In this document: one piece after another, positions 19,477 to 29,699 of the stretch
Layout of the letters: every line of letters begins with the position of its first letter
Position numbering within the stretch: the stretch's first letter is position 1
NCBI GenBank assembly: GCA_963728475.1
Contig: CAVSKL010000001.1
Location: 714,523-778,522 of the forward strand
From: Candidatus Eiseniibacteriota bacterium
GTDB taxonomy: Bacteria > Eisenbacteria > RBG-16-71-46 > JABDJR01
Direction of reading: 5' to 3'
DNA: 64,000 nucleotides
Translations under genes and position numbers: made by a program
The notes under the pieces: generated by a model
The model's input: only the letters and a program-made list of their open reading frames with translations
Told to the model about the DNA's origin: nothing
Database searches by the model: none

Positions 19477-22083
19477 ATGCTGAGGTTCGCGCGACTCCTG
19501 TGCCTGGTCTTACCCGCATCCCTGCTTCTCACCGCGGCCACCTTCCAGGACCGCTCGGCCAAGTCCGCCACCGGCGCCGCCCCCATCGCCGGGAACGGCC
19601 TCATCACCGGCAGCGGCACCTTCCGGTTCGACGGGCGGGTGGTGACCCCGCTCCTCGAGAAACTTCCGCCCGCCCCGGAGCGGGAGGCCTGTCCGGAGTG
19701 CCTGGAACAGGAGGCAGAGACGATCCCCATCGGCCCCGGCTACCGGCCCGAGCTGGCCGGCCCGAGGGTCCCCCAGACCTTCCTGTCCTCCGCCTTGAAA
19801 CCCCAGACCGCCCTGGCCCCCCAGGACTTCACCCTCTTCCGGAACATCGAGAACGTGGTGGGGGCCGCGCCCGGCGTGCCCGCGAATCAGGTCTCGGGCA
19901 CCGACGAGCCCAGCCTGGCCTCGGACCGGAGCATCCTCTTCCTCACCGGCAACTGGTGGGCGGCGATCTCCCGGGACTCGGGGCTGAACTGGAGCTACAT
20001 CGACCCCTACGGCTACCTGCCCCCGCCCCCCGGAGCGGACTCCACCACCTTCTGCTGCGACCAGGTCGCCTGGTACGACACCAACACGGACCTTCTGTTC
20101 TGGCTCCGCCAGTACCGGGTGCGCGGGGCGGGGGACCGGAACATCCAGCGCATCGCGGTCGCGAAACACGTCCACGAGGCTCTGAACAACAACGCCATCA
20201 CCTGGGACGTCTACACCACGTCCGCCGACAATTTCGGGCTCCCCGCCACCGGGTACCAGGTCGACTTTCCGGATCTGGCGGCAACAGGGTCCATGCTCTA
20301 CGCGAGCACCAACATCTACGACCTCAACACCAACTCGCGGGTGGGAAGCGTGATCTACCGCACCGCGTTCGCGGATTTCGCCGACGGCACGCCCATCCAC
20401 TACGACTACATGCGCACCGGCACCGAGGTGTCCACGCTACGCCTCTGCCAGGGCGCGACCGACATCATGTACTTCGCCGGGCACCGGAACAACACCACCC
20501 TCCGCGCCTATCTATGGGGCGACGTCCAGACCCCGGGTCAGATCGTGTGGGGCGACATCACCCATACCGGTTTCCCCAACGGCGGCTGGAACGCCGCCGG
20601 CCCCGACGGGCGGAATTTCGCCCAGGGCTGCGACAACCGGATCCTGGGCGCGTATGTGCTCCATCCCACTTCCGGCGACCCCGACACCTTCCTGGGATTC
20701 ATGTGGAGCGTGGGCCTGGGAAACGGCTATGCCTATCCGTGGGTGCAGATCGTGGGAAGCCGGTCCGACGCCATCGTGGTCTCGGGGAGCGCGGGGGCCA
20801 CGCTCGAGTCCGGCATCTGGAACAACGACTACGCCTGGATCTATCCCGCGGTGACTCCCAACCCGCGCGGCGACCTGGGGGGAACGGTCTGCGCCGGCGG
20901 CGGCGCCTTTCAGCCGGAAGCCCGGGTGTACATCGCCGACGGCGGGGACTGGAACGCCTGGGAGAGCCGGCTCATGGCCGCCAGCACCAGCGGCCCCCCC
21001 ATCCCCGACGCCACCCACCCCTATCGCTGGGGCGACTTCTATACCGTGCGCCGCGCCAGCTGCGGCGCCCAGACCTGGATCGCCGCCAACTACGTGCAGA
21101 CCGGCCCCAACCCGGGGGACGGTCATCCGGTGGTCACCTGGTTCGGGCGCGAGGCCGACACCCCGCCCGCGGACATCGCCGCCACCATGGCCGTGGGGCC
21201 CACCGGCACCCTGGCCCCGGGGGCGGCGGTCAACGTCGACGTCAAGGTGACCAACGTCGGTATCGGCAACTCCACCCTGTTCACGGTGAAGTTCTACGCC
21301 TCGCCCGACTCGATCATCAATTACGAGGACTACTCGCTGGGTACGGAGAATCTGGGGCCGATCCCGGGCGGGACCTCGGTGGTCCTGCACCACGCCGCCA
21401 ACCTTCCCCCGAACATTCCCGACGGCTTCTATCACGTCATCGTCTCGGCCACCAACCCCGGGGACTGCACCATCACCAACGACGTCTCCATCGCCCCGGA
21501 CTCGTTCGAAGTGGAGTCTCCGGTCCCGGTGGAGCTGGCATCGTTCGAGGTGGAGTCGGCCGCGGGCGGACTCCGCGTGACGTGGGCCTTCACGCCGGAA
21601 TCCGACCTGGTGGCGGCGTCGGTGGAACGGGCGCCGGCGTCCGACGGACCCTGGAGTCCGGTGGCGGGGACGCCGGAGCGCGACGGCGAGGGGTACGCGC
21701 TCCTGGATCCGGCGGTCGAGCCAGGAACCGGCTACTGGTACCGGCTTCGCGCCGAGGATCGGGCGGGGGTGGCGAGGGTGTTCGGCCCGGTGGCCGCCCA
21801 GACCCCCCCGGGCGAGGCGGTCCTCCTCCGGGCGCGGCCGAACCCCTCCGACGGCGCGGTGGTGATCGACTTCACCCTCCCCGCCGACGGCCGGGTGAGC
21901 CTGCGGGTGTTCGACGTCCAGGGGAAGCAGGTGGCGCTACTCGCCGACGGACCCTTCCCCCGCGGTTCGCACACCCTGCGCTGGAAGGGAGCGCTCGATC
22001 CCGGCGCCGCGCGCGGGATCTACTTCGTGCGGCTGGCCACCGCGTCGGGGGTGGTCACCCGGAGCGTGACCCTGCTCCGCTGA
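19477..22083 (+). CDS. Large secreted protein with CARDB-like domain and C-terminal T9SS/FlgD-Ig-like sorting domain
   Basis: Signal peptide MLRFARLLCLVLPASLLLTAA. The C-terminal block RARPNPSDGAVVIDFTLPADGRVSLRVFDVQGKQVALL...GIYFVRL has the pattern of type-IX secretion C-terminal sorting domains. Confidence 0.6.
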   Translation: MLRFARLLCLVLPASLLLTAATFQDRSAKSATGAAPIAGNGLITGSGTFRFDGRVVTPLLEKLPPAPEREACPECLEQEAETIPIGPGYRPELAGPRVPQTFLSSALKPQTALAPQDFTLFRNIENVVGAAPGVPANQVSGTDEPSLASDRSILFLTGNWWAAISRDSGLNWSYIDPYGYLPPPPGADSTTFCCDQVAWYDTNTDLLFWLRQYRVRGAGDRNIQRIAVAKHVHEALNNNAITWDVYTTSADNFGLPATGYQVDFPDLAATGSMLYASTNIYDLNTNSRVGSVIYRTAFADFADGTPIHYDYMRTGTEVSTLRLCQGATDIMYFAGHRNNTTLRAYLWGDVQTPGQIVWGDITHTGFPNGGWNAAGPDGRNFAQGCDNRILGAYVLHPTSGDPDTFLGFMWSVGLGNGYAYPWVQIVGSRSDAIVVSGSAGATLESGIWNNDYAWIYPAVTPNPRGDLGGTVCAGGGAFQPEARVYIADGGDWNAWESRLMAASTSGPPIPDATHPYRWGDFYTVRRASCGAQTWIAANYVQTGPNPGDGHPVVTWFGREADTPPADIAATMAVGPTGTLAPGAAVNVDVKVTNVGIGNSTLFTVKFYASPDSIINYEDYSLGTENLGPIPGGTSVVLHHAANLPPNIPDGFYHVIVSATNPGDCTITNDVSIAPDSFEVESPVPVELASFEVESAAGGLRVTWAFTPESDLVAASVERAPASDGPWSPVAGTPERDGEGYALLDPAVEPGTGYWYRLRAEDRAGVARVFGPVAAQTPPGEAVLLRARPNPSDGAVVIDFTLPADGRVSLRVFDVQGKQVALLADGPFPRGSHTLRWKGALDPGAARGIYFVRLATASGVVTRSVTLLR

Positions 22084-22179
22084 AGGCGGCCCGGGCGGGG
22101 GACCGGCCGTCCCCCGCCCGCTTCGCCGTCGCGCGAAGTGACTCCGGCGCCGGAGTCAGCTATCGGAGTCGGGGCTCTA

Positions 22180-22656
22180 CTATTGCCCGTTCTGCATGCC
22201 CATTCCGGGCATGAGGTCCTTCTTGGCGGCGTTGATCCCCTGGCTCAGATGGTCCATGGAGGCGTGCATGTTCGACTGCATCTCGTCCCACGCCGAGGAA
22301 TTGGAACCCATCATCTGCATCATGTTCTGATGCATATTCTGGGCCTGTGTCCGGAGGTCGGCGAGCTGCTTCTGGAGAAGATCGATCCTTCCCTGGGCCT
22401 CGTCCTTGGCCTGGCCGGAGAGGGTGGCGACCTGGGCCTGAAGCGCCTGGACATCCTTGTCCATGGCGTCGAGCTGGGTCTGCATGTTGGCCTGGAATTG
22501 TTGCATGCTCTGCTGGGTCTCGTCGGAGAGCTGGTTGTTCATGCCGGTCTGGCCGGTGTCGTTCTTGGAGGCGTCCTTGGAGGAACATCCGGCGAACACC
22601 AGGCCCAGACCAAGAACTCCGGCGGCGAGCAGGCGAAGAGTGCGTCCTGACATGGG
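22180..22656 (-). CDS. Gln/Met-rich coiled-coil lipoprotein (hypothetical)
   Basis: Lipobox LVFAGCSS and local GC distinctly lower than the surroundings. Start placed at MSGRTLRLLAAG. Confidence 0.45.
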   Translation of the reverse strand, partial: PMSGRTLRLLAAGVLGLGLVFAGCSSKDASKNDTGQTGMNNQLSDETQQSMQQFQANMQTQLDAMDKDVQALQAQVATLSGQAKDEAQGRIDLLQKQLADLRTQAQNMHQNMMQMMGSNSSAWDEMQSNMHASMDHLSQGINAAKKDLMPGMGMQNGQ

Positions 22657-22887
22657 AGAGTCTCCTTCATATTGAATAGCGGTGCGCGGCCCTCTGAAAA
22701 CGATGCGCGAACGGTTCCGCCCGGCGTTCCCCGCGCCGCGCCGGGCGGACGACAAACCGTTTCTCAAAGTCCCAATCTTTCATAAAACCACCCCCGGTCG
22801 AGGTTGTCAAGCGCGGCCCCTGCCCGGGGGGCCCGGAACCCGGGCCGGCCCCTCCCCGCGCTCGCCGGAATCCGGGGCGGCGGCCCT

Positions 22888-23868
22888 TCACTCGACGGTG
22901 AGCACGATCTTGCCCGCGTTCCGGTTCTCCGCCATGTAGCGGTGGGCGGCGGGAGCCTCGGCGAGCGGGAAGGCGCGATCCACCGGAACGCGGAGGCGCT
23001 CGCCGGCGAATCGCGGGAACGCGAAGGCGGCCAGATCGCGCGCGATCTTCGCCTTCAGGTCCGGCGGACTTCCGCGGAGGGTGGTGCCGGTCACGGTGAG
23101 GTTCTTCCTCATGACTGGGCCCAGGTCCACCTCGCCCTGGGATCCCCCCAGGAAACCGATCAGGACCAGCCGGCCGCCCCGGGCGAGCGCAGTCAGATTC
23201 CGCTCCCAGTACGGCACCCCCACGAAATCCAGGATGAGGTCCACCCCACGGCCGCCGGTGGCGGCGCGGACGACCTCGGTGAAGTCGTCCCGGTGGCGGT
23301 TGCTCACGATCTCCGCCCCCAGCGCGCGGCAGAACTCGAGCTTCTCCGCGCTTCCCGCGGTCACCGCGACCCGCGCCCCCATCTCGCGCGCGAGCTGGAC
23401 GGCGGCCGAGCCGACTCCGCTCGCCCCGGCATGGATGAGCACGGTCTCGCCCGCGGCCAGCCGCCCCAGCTCCACCAGGTTCATCCAGGCGGTGAGGAAC
23501 GCCTCGGGGACGGCGGCGGCTTCGCTCCAGCCCAGGGGATCCGGGATCGGAAGCACGGTGCCGGCGGGCGCGACGGAGAGCGAGGCATAGGCGCCTCCTG
23601 GAACCAGCGCCATCACCCGGTCGCCTTCCGCGAACCCGTGCGTGTCCGGCCCGAGCGCGGCCACCTCACCCGAAAGCTCCATGCCCAGGATCTCCGAGGC
23701 CCCGTCGGGCGGTGGATAGCGGCCCATGCGCTGGAGGAGGTCGGCGCGATTGACCCCGGCGGCGCGGACCCGGATCAGCACCTCCCCGGAACCGGGGACG
23801 GGGTCCGGGGCCTCGGCCAGATGCAGGACGTCCGGGCCTCCGGGGGCGTCCTGCACCACCGCCTTCAC
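22888..23868 (-). CDS. qor: NAD(P)H:quinone oxidoreductase, Zn-ADH/MDR superfamily (Qor-like)
   Basis: KAVVQDAPGGPDVLHLAE N-terminus and the AGASGVGSAAVQLA Rossmann motif. GTG start at 23868. Confidence 0.7.
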   Translation of the reverse strand: MKAVVQDAPGGPDVLHLAEAPDPVPGSGEVLIRVRAAGVNRADLLQRMGRYPPPDGASEILGMELSGEVAALGPDTHGFAEGDRVMALVPGGAYASLSVAPAGTVLPIPDPLGWSEAAAVPEAFLTAWMNLVELGRLAAGETVLIHAGASGVGSAAVQLAREMGARVAVTAGSAEKLEFCRALGAEIVSNRHRDDFTEVVRAATGGRGVDLILDFVGVPYWERNLTALARGGRLVLIGFLGGSQGEVDLGPVMRKNLTVTGTTLRGSPPDLKAKIARDLAAFAFPRFAGERLRVPVDRAFPLAEAPAAHRYMAENRNAGKIVLTVE

Positions 23869-24338
23869 GCGACGATCCCCCCGGTGTGGGCGATCTCGTG
23901 GGCGGTGAGGAAGCGGGCGGCGATCTCGGTCAGGACCTCGTCGCGGAAGGAGCGCCACTCCCCGAGCACGCCCCCGGCTCCGGCCGCCTCCAGGAACCGC
24001 CGACCGGGCTGGTTCGCGCGCAACGCCGCGTTGAGGGCGTCGCGCAGGGCGGGGTCCTCGGCGCTCCGCGCGAACTCCGCCATCACCGCGGGCTCGTCGA
24101 ATTCGTAGCGGTCGGGGAGCGGGAGAAAGTCCTCGGAATCGGCGATCTCGCGCAGCTTGGCCGGGCTCAGGGTGAGGCGTCCCTGGGCGGCGCCTTCGTC
24201 GTCGACGGCGTCCAGGAACTCCTGGTCCTCGGGGGAGAGCCGCACCGTTTCCCCGGTCTGCCGGTGAATGTAGGCCGCCCAACCCTCATCCACGTCCATC
24301 GCCGCCACCACGTCGCTCACCTTGACCGTCACCGACAT
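23865..24338 (-). CDS. Hypothetical protein
   Basis: 158 aa from MSVTVKV. Overlaps qor by 4 bp. No recognisable motif. Confidence 0.35.
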   Translation of the reverse strand: MSVTVKVSDVVAAMDVDEGWAAYIHRQTGETVRLSPEDQEFLDAVDDEGAAQGRLTLSPAKLREIADSEDFLPLPDRYEFDEPAVMAEFARSAEDPALRDALNAALRANQPGRRFLEAAGAGGVLGEWRSFRDEVLTEIAARFLTAHEIAHTGGIVA

Positions 24339-24865
24339 GCTCCGGGTTCCCCGCGAACGCAACCGCGCGCCGCATCTCCTTTCCACTGGGATCATTGAGG
24401 AAAAGCTGCGGGCGGGTCAACTTCGGGCGCCCGGGGCGGACTTGGCGGGGCCGGGGCGGAAAAAGGTCGCCTGCGGGGCGGCAGTGGGTGACTTCTTGGG
24501 GCCCGCCGGAGTTGGGCATCTTGTCCGCCCCGCAGGCATCTTCTCCGGCTCATTGACGTCCGACAAGATGTTACATAGCAATGTGCATGCCAGATGTGAC
24601 CAATCCCTGAAGCGACGGCCCTCACGCCGGTTGGCGGATTCGGGAGACCCGGCTTCGGCCCGCGGCACCCTCATTTAGAAGGGTCGGTGCGATCAATTCG
24701 GGGGGCGTGAATCGGGAAGGGCGGGCGCCGGGGCCGGGCTCTTGCTCCGGGGCCGGACCGGGGGCGCGGTATAATTCCCGGACAACCGTAGGGCTTCGCG
24801 ACCCGGAGGGCGGTTTCGCGACGCGCTTCGCAACCACGCTCATCTCCTCGATCAGGGGGTCCCCC

Positions 24866-25408
24866 ATGAGCTTGCGCCGCTGCCTGCCCGATCTGGTCCC
24901 GATCGCCGCCGTTTCGGCACTCGCCCTCACGGCCGCTTCGCTTCCGGTCTTCGCCCTTTCCGCCGCCGCCCAGGATACGGTGACGCTCGCGCCCACCCTG
25001 ACCGATCCCGCAAGCGGGGGGGCGCTCGGCGCCAGCTTCATGGTGGCCTACACCCTCCCCGAGGCCGCCGCGTCCGGCACCGTGACCCTGCGGTTCCTGA
25101 ACACCGGCGGGGTGGCGTCGGTGACCCAGCTCCTGACCCTGGCGCCGTCGCAGGAGTCGGCCGGCGTGCACGCGTTCATCCTCGACGGCACCAACTTGGG
25201 GGCCGCCCCCGAGGTCGCGCAGGTGAGCGGGGGCACCGGCGCCTTGACCGACAACTCGGTCTACCAGGTGACGCTGGCGTACCGGGACGCGCTCCTCAAC
25301 CCGGCGGCGTCGGCCTCCAGCTACAGCGTGATCTACGAGCCGTCGCCGGTGCCGGCCCGCGCCTCGACCTGGGGCGCGCTCAAGCTCCGCTACGCCCCGC
25401 CGGCATAG
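24866..25408 (+). CDS. Secreted hypothetical protein
   Basis: The ATG at 24866 gives a signal peptide (MSLRRCLPDLVPIAAVSALALTAASLPVFA). Ser/Thr/Ala-rich and Ig-like in composition. Confidence 0.4.
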   Translation: MSLRRCLPDLVPIAAVSALALTAASLPVFALSAAAQDTVTLAPTLTDPASGGALGASFMVAYTLPEAAASGTVTLRFLNTGGVASVTQLLTLAPSQESAGVHAFILDGTNLGAAPEVAQVSGGTGALTDNSVYQVTLAYRDALLNPAASASSYSVIYEPSPVPARASTWGALKLRYAPPA

Positions 25409-25524
25409 GCGGCCATCGTGGGTGGACCGGCGGGGCCTGTGTTCCCGGGGTAACCGCAGCAGTCCGGGGCCACTGGCAGCCACGCCCAGCCTCGCCTAAG
25501 CTACCTTCCCGATCGCGGTACTCG

Positions 25525-25590
25525 ACGCAGGCCCCGGTCGAAGTACCGGATCGCGGTACCTGATCGCGGTACCTGATCGCGGTACCCGAC
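25525..25590. promoter_or_regulatory. Four direct repeats of GATCGCGGTACC upstream of the AEC transporter gene
   Basis: Seen directly. Each unit contains a KpnI-like GGTACC and a GATC. Confidence 0.3.
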
Positions 25591-25609
25591 GCAGACCCCG
25601 GAACCCGGC

Positions 25610-26515
25610 ATGCTCAAACTGTTCAGCGACAACCTCCTCCCGGTGCTCCTGGCCGCCGCGGTCGGCTACGTCCTGCGCGCGCGGGTGGAGGTGAGCCCGC
25701 GCTCGCTCTCGAGGGTGGCGTTCATCGTGTTCGCGCCGTGCCTGGTCTACCAGGTGATCGTCGACAACCGTCCCACCGGCGGCGACATGCTCCGGATGGC
25801 GGCATTCGCCACCCTGGCCCTGGTCACGGTGGGCGCCCTCGCGGGGCTCATCGCCTGGCGGTTCCGCTGGCCGCGGCCGCTCGCGGCCGGCCTCGTGCTG
25901 GCGGTGCTGCTTCCCAATGCCGGCAACTTCGGCCTCTCCGCCAACCTGTTCGCGTTCGGGAACCCGGGGCTGGCCCAGGCCAGCCTCTTCTTCGTGACCA
26001 GCTCGGTGATCTCGTACACGCTGGGGGTGTTCGTGGCGTCGCTCGGCCGCGAGCCGGTGGGAAAGGCGCTGGCCGGCCTCCCCCGCATCCCCACGGTGTG
26101 GGCGGTGGCGCTGGCCTTCGCCATGGTGGAGGCCCACCGCACGCTGCCGCTCCCGGTCGCCCGCACGGTGAAGCTCCTGGCCGACGCCACCATCCCGGTC
26201 TTCCTGATCATCCTGGGGATGCAGCTCCACGGGGTGCGGCTGGCCGGGCGCGCGCGCGCGATCGCGCTGGGCTCGGGGCTGAGGCTGCTCGGAGGCGCGG
26301 CGGCGGGCATCCTGTTCTCGCGGGCGCTGGGCCTTGCCGGCCCCGCCCACCAAGCCGCCGTCCTCGAAGCCTCGATGCCCACCGCGGTGATCAGCATCAT
26401 CCTCGCCACCGAGTACGACGTCGAGCCCGAGTACGTCACCAGCGTCGTCTTCGTCACCACCGTCCTCTGTCCGTTCACCCTCACCCCGCTTCTCTCCTGG
26501 TTGCGGGCGGGTTGA
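25610..26515 (+). CDS. AEC family transporter (auxin efflux carrier / malate permease-like)
   Basis: 301 aa with 10 TM segments. MLKLFSDNLLPVLL N-terminus typical of the family. Confidence 0.7.
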   Translation: MLKLFSDNLLPVLLAAAVGYVLRARVEVSPRSLSRVAFIVFAPCLVYQVIVDNRPTGGDMLRMAAFATLALVTVGALAGLIAWRFRWPRPLAAGLVLAVLLPNAGNFGLSANLFAFGNPGLAQASLFFVTSSVISYTLGVFVASLGREPVGKALAGLPRIPTVWAVALAFAMVEAHRTLPLPVARTVKLLADATIPVFLIILGMQLHGVRLAGRARAIALGSGLRLLGGAAAGILFSRALGLAGPAHQAAVLEASMPTAVISIILATEYDVEPEYVTSVVFVTTVLCPFTLTPLLSWLRAG

Positions 26516-26605
26516 GGGCGCGGGCGCCGGGTTCGATGCGCCGTCGCCCCGGACGCGGCTTGCGGCGGCGCGCGCCCGCTTCCGGGGGCGTAGAATGCGG
26601 GCGCC

Positions 26606-27202
26606 ATGAGCCCGCGCGTCTTCGTCTATCCCTACTGGGTCGTCTTCTGGATCCTGTTCATCACCGTATTCCTGGTGATCGAGTCGCGGATTCTCCGGAG
26701 CCTCCGCCGGCAGATGGCGGCCGCGGATCGGAGCCAGGACGCGGGCTCGCTCCAGGTGCTGGTCGCCGCCAACCAGCTCGGCGTTCTGACCGCGATCGCG
26801 ATCGCGCTCTACGCGCCTCGGTTCGCGATCGGGCAAGGCGACCTCGCCTTCTGGGTGGGGGCGGCGATGCTGGCGGCGGGGGGCGCGCTCCGCGTTCATT
26901 GTTTCCGCATGCTGGGAGCGAGCTTCTCCGGGGTAGTCCGGGTGCATCCCGGGCAGGCGGTGCTGGATCGGGGAGCGTACCGGTGGGTGCGGCATCCTTC
27001 CTATACGGCGGCGTTCCTGGCGTTCGCCGGGGTGGGGTTGTGCTTGACCAACTGGCTCAGCCTGGGGTTGATCGTGACGGTGAGCGCGGCGGCGTACGTC
27101 TACCGCGCGTCGGTGGAGGAGCGGGCGCTGGTCCGCGTCCTCGGCGACGCCTACCGGAGCTACCAATCGAGGACCCGGCGGTTCATCCCGTTCGTGTACT
27201 GA
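26606..27202 (+). CDS. Isoprenylcysteine carboxyl methyltransferase (ICMT)/phospholipid methyltransferase family protein
   Basis: RHPSYT and EE..L...G..Y..Y...RFIPF C-terminal signature. Confidence 0.65.
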   Translation: MSPRVFVYPYWVVFWILFITVFLVIESRILRSLRRQMAAADRSQDAGSLQVLVAANQLGVLTAIAIALYAPRFAIGQGDLAFWVGAAMLAAGGALRVHCFRMLGASFSGVVRVHPGQAVLDRGAYRWVRHPSYTAAFLAFAGVGLCLTNWLSLGLIVTVSAAAYVYRASVEERALVRVLGDAYRSYQSRTRRFIPFVY

Positions 27203-27459
27203 CCGGGCCGGGATCCCAGGCGCGCCCTCGCTCGCCGGGCGCGGCGGCCCGGGATACCGGACCGCGCCGGGCTCAGCCTCCCTGATCCCCCGCGAGACGC
27301 GCCCCCTTTCCTTGTCCCGTCCGACCTCGTTTGATATTCTTCCGATCGGGCTGGTTCTTGCGGCTCGGACCCCCCCTCCGATCCCCCCGGGAAACCCGCC
27401 TTCTTCTCGCGGACCGGTTCGCGCCCAGGCTCAGATTCCCGGAAGAATAGGACGCCGGC

Positions 27460-28374
27460 ATGGCCGCCAACCCGCGACAATTCAAGACGCCGGATTCGGC
27501 GGAAGGGGGAACCGCGTCCCCGGCGGACCCCCTCCCCTTCGTCGGCGAGCCGGAGGCGGCCGCGCGCCCGCCGGGGAACCCCACCGGGACGGGGCTGACG
27601 GGCGTGGCAGGTGAACCGGCGGGGGGGACCGGGCCCGATGACGGTCCGGACCCGGATCGCGGGGCCGACGGGGAGGATCCGGTGGTGGAGCCCGCGGGGG
27701 CGCGGGGCCCGGAACGCTTCGCCGTCGCCGGCGACCCCTTGGCGGCGCTGGCCGCGTCTTGCTCCGGCGGGGCCTCGGACGGGGCGGCTCTGAGCGTCCT
27801 CTTCACGCCGTCCCGCTTCGAAAAGCGGGCCGAGGCGGCCTGCGCGAGCCTGGAGATCCCGGTCCACCTGCCCCTTCGCGCCGGGCGGGCGTCGAAGGCC
27901 GGGGTGCGCGCCGCGCTTCCCCTCTTTCCCGGATATCTCTTCGCGGTTCTCACCGCGGGCTCGCGGCGCCGGCTGGTGGAGCGCGCGCGGATCGCGCGAG
28001 TGATTCCGGTATCTCGTCCCGAGTTGCTCCTGACGGAACTCCGTCAGATTCACCGGGCGCTCACGGTGAAACCGGATCTGGAGGCGGCTCCCGCGCTGGC
28101 GCGCGGCCGTTGGGTCCGGGTGGCGAGCGGGCCGTTCTTTGGGCTCACGGGCGTGATCGCCGACCGGCGAATGGGCCAAGGCCGGCTCCGCCTGGTCCTG
28201 AACCTGTCGGAACTCGGCCGGGGGGTCCCGGTCGAGATCGATGCCGGCGCGGTGGAGCCGGCGACGACGCCGGCGGGATGGCGCGCGCCGGATGATTCGC
28301 GTGCGGGCCGGCGTCCGCGTGTCCGCCGCCGGCCCTGGATGTATGAAGGAGAGCGCCCGGCCGACCCGGCCTGA
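27460..28374 (+). CDS. NusG-family paralogue (NGN + KOW domains, UpxY/LoaP/RfaH-like specialised antiterminator)
   Basis: ALPLFPGYLFAVL (NGN hallmark) and GRWVRVASGPFFGLTGVIA (KOW). Long low-complexity N-terminal extension, so the real start may be later. Directly upstream of intI on the same strand. Confidence 0.55.
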   Translation: MAANPRQFKTPDSAEGGTASPADPLPFVGEPEAAARPPGNPTGTGLTGVAGEPAGGTGPDDGPDPDRGADGEDPVVEPAGARGPERFAVAGDPLAALAASCSGGASDGAALSVLFTPSRFEKRAEAACASLEIPVHLPLRAGRASKAGVRAALPLFPGYLFAVLTAGSRRRLVERARIARVIPVSRPELLLTELRQIHRALTVKPDLEAAPALARGRWVRVASGPFFGLTGVIADRRMGQGRLRLVLNLSELGRGVPVEIDAGAVEPATTPAGWRAPDDSRAGRRPRVRRRPWMYEGERPADPA

Positions 28375-28522
28375 GGTACCGCGGGGGCCGCCCCGCGACG
28401 CGCTCGGCCGCTCCTTCGGGCCTCGGAGGCTCCCGGTAACCGGCTTCCCGCCGGCGAAGGGGGCGAAGCCCGCCCGGCTCCCGGGCGGCGAACCCACCCC
28501 GTCCGGAGGCGCGGTTCCCTTG

Positions 28523-29554
28523 AACGGTTGGACGGATGCGGAGTTCGGGGTCGGTTCCGGCGGCGCGGGCCTGGCGCGGGAGCGCGGCGTGTGCCCGGCG
28601 CGGCCGCCCCGGTTGCTGGACCGGTTGAGTTCGCTGATCCGGGCGCGGCACTACAGCCCCAGCACCGAGAAGGCCTACGTGGGCTGGGTGAGGCGGTTCG
28701 TGCTCTTTCACGGCAAGCGCCACCCGGACGCGATGGGCGAGGCGGAGGTGACCGCGTTCCTGTCGGACCTGGCGGCGCGGCGGAAGGTGAGCGCCTCGAC
28801 CCAGAACCAGGCCCTGAGCGCGATCCTGTTCCTGTACCGCGAGGTGCTGGGCCGCGACCTGGCCGGGGCGGACGGGATCGTCCGCGCCAAGCGCCCGGTG
28901 CGGGTCCCGGTGGTGCTGACCCGGGACGAGGTTTAGGCGATCCTGGGCCACATCCACGGGACGCCGTGGTTGATGGCGTCGCTCCTCTACGGGGCGGGGT
29001 TGCGGCTCATGGAGTGCTGCCGGCTCCGGGTCAAGGATGTGGACTTCGGCCGGGGCGAGATCCGGGTGCGCGACGGCAAAGGGCAGAAGGACCGGGTGAC
29101 GTTGTTGCCGCGCGCGGTCCGGGGCCCTTTGGCCGCCCACCTGGACCGGGTGCGGCGGATGCACCGGGACGACCTGCGGGCGGGCCGGGGCGGGGTGGAG
29201 CTGCCGAGGGCGCTGGCCCGTAAGTACACCGGGGCGTCGCGGGAGTGGGCCTGGCAGTGGGTGTTCCCGGCCACGCGGCCGTACGTCGATCAAGGGACCG
29301 GCGAGGAGCGCCGGCACCACCTGCACGAGTCGGTGGTGCAGCGGGCGGTGAAGGAGGCGGTGCGCCGGGCCGGGGTGCCCAAGCCGGCGACGTCGCATAG
29401 CTTGCGGCACTCCTTCGCCACCCATCTGCTGGAGGCGGGCTACGACATCCGGACCATCCAGGAGCTGTTGGGTCATAGCGACGTGAGCACGACCATGATC
29501 TACACGCACGTTCTCAACCGAGGCGGCCGCGGGGTGCGGAGCCCGCTGGATTGA
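28523..29554 (+). pseudogene. intI: Integron integrase intI (tyrosine recombinase with IntI-specific insertion), interrupted by an in-frame TAG at 28934-28936
   Basis: HYSPSTEKAYVGWVRRFVLFHGKRHP...[44 protein letters not shown]...[23 protein letters not shown]...[42 protein letters not shown]...GVRSPLD matches IntI1 blocks, including the IntI-only ALERKYP...WxWVF segment. The two ORFs 28241..28936 and 28970..29554 are in the same frame. The start is uncertain (TTG 28523, GTG 28589 or ATG 28343). Confidence 0.8.
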
Positions 29555-29590
29555 CCCGCCGGGCGACGTGAATAGGGACCCGGGTCCCAC

Positions 29591-29621
29591 CGGCCCGGGC
29601 CGGGCCGGGCCGGGCCGGGCC
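29591..29621. repeat. (GGGCC)6 pentanucleotide repeat immediately downstream of intI
   Basis: Seen directly. Confidence 0.8.
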
Positions 29622-29699
29622 GTTCGACTCTCGCACGGATCCAGGCAGGTTCGGTTCGGGCGCGATTCTTCCCGGCCCGGCCGTCGCACCGCCCCGCCT

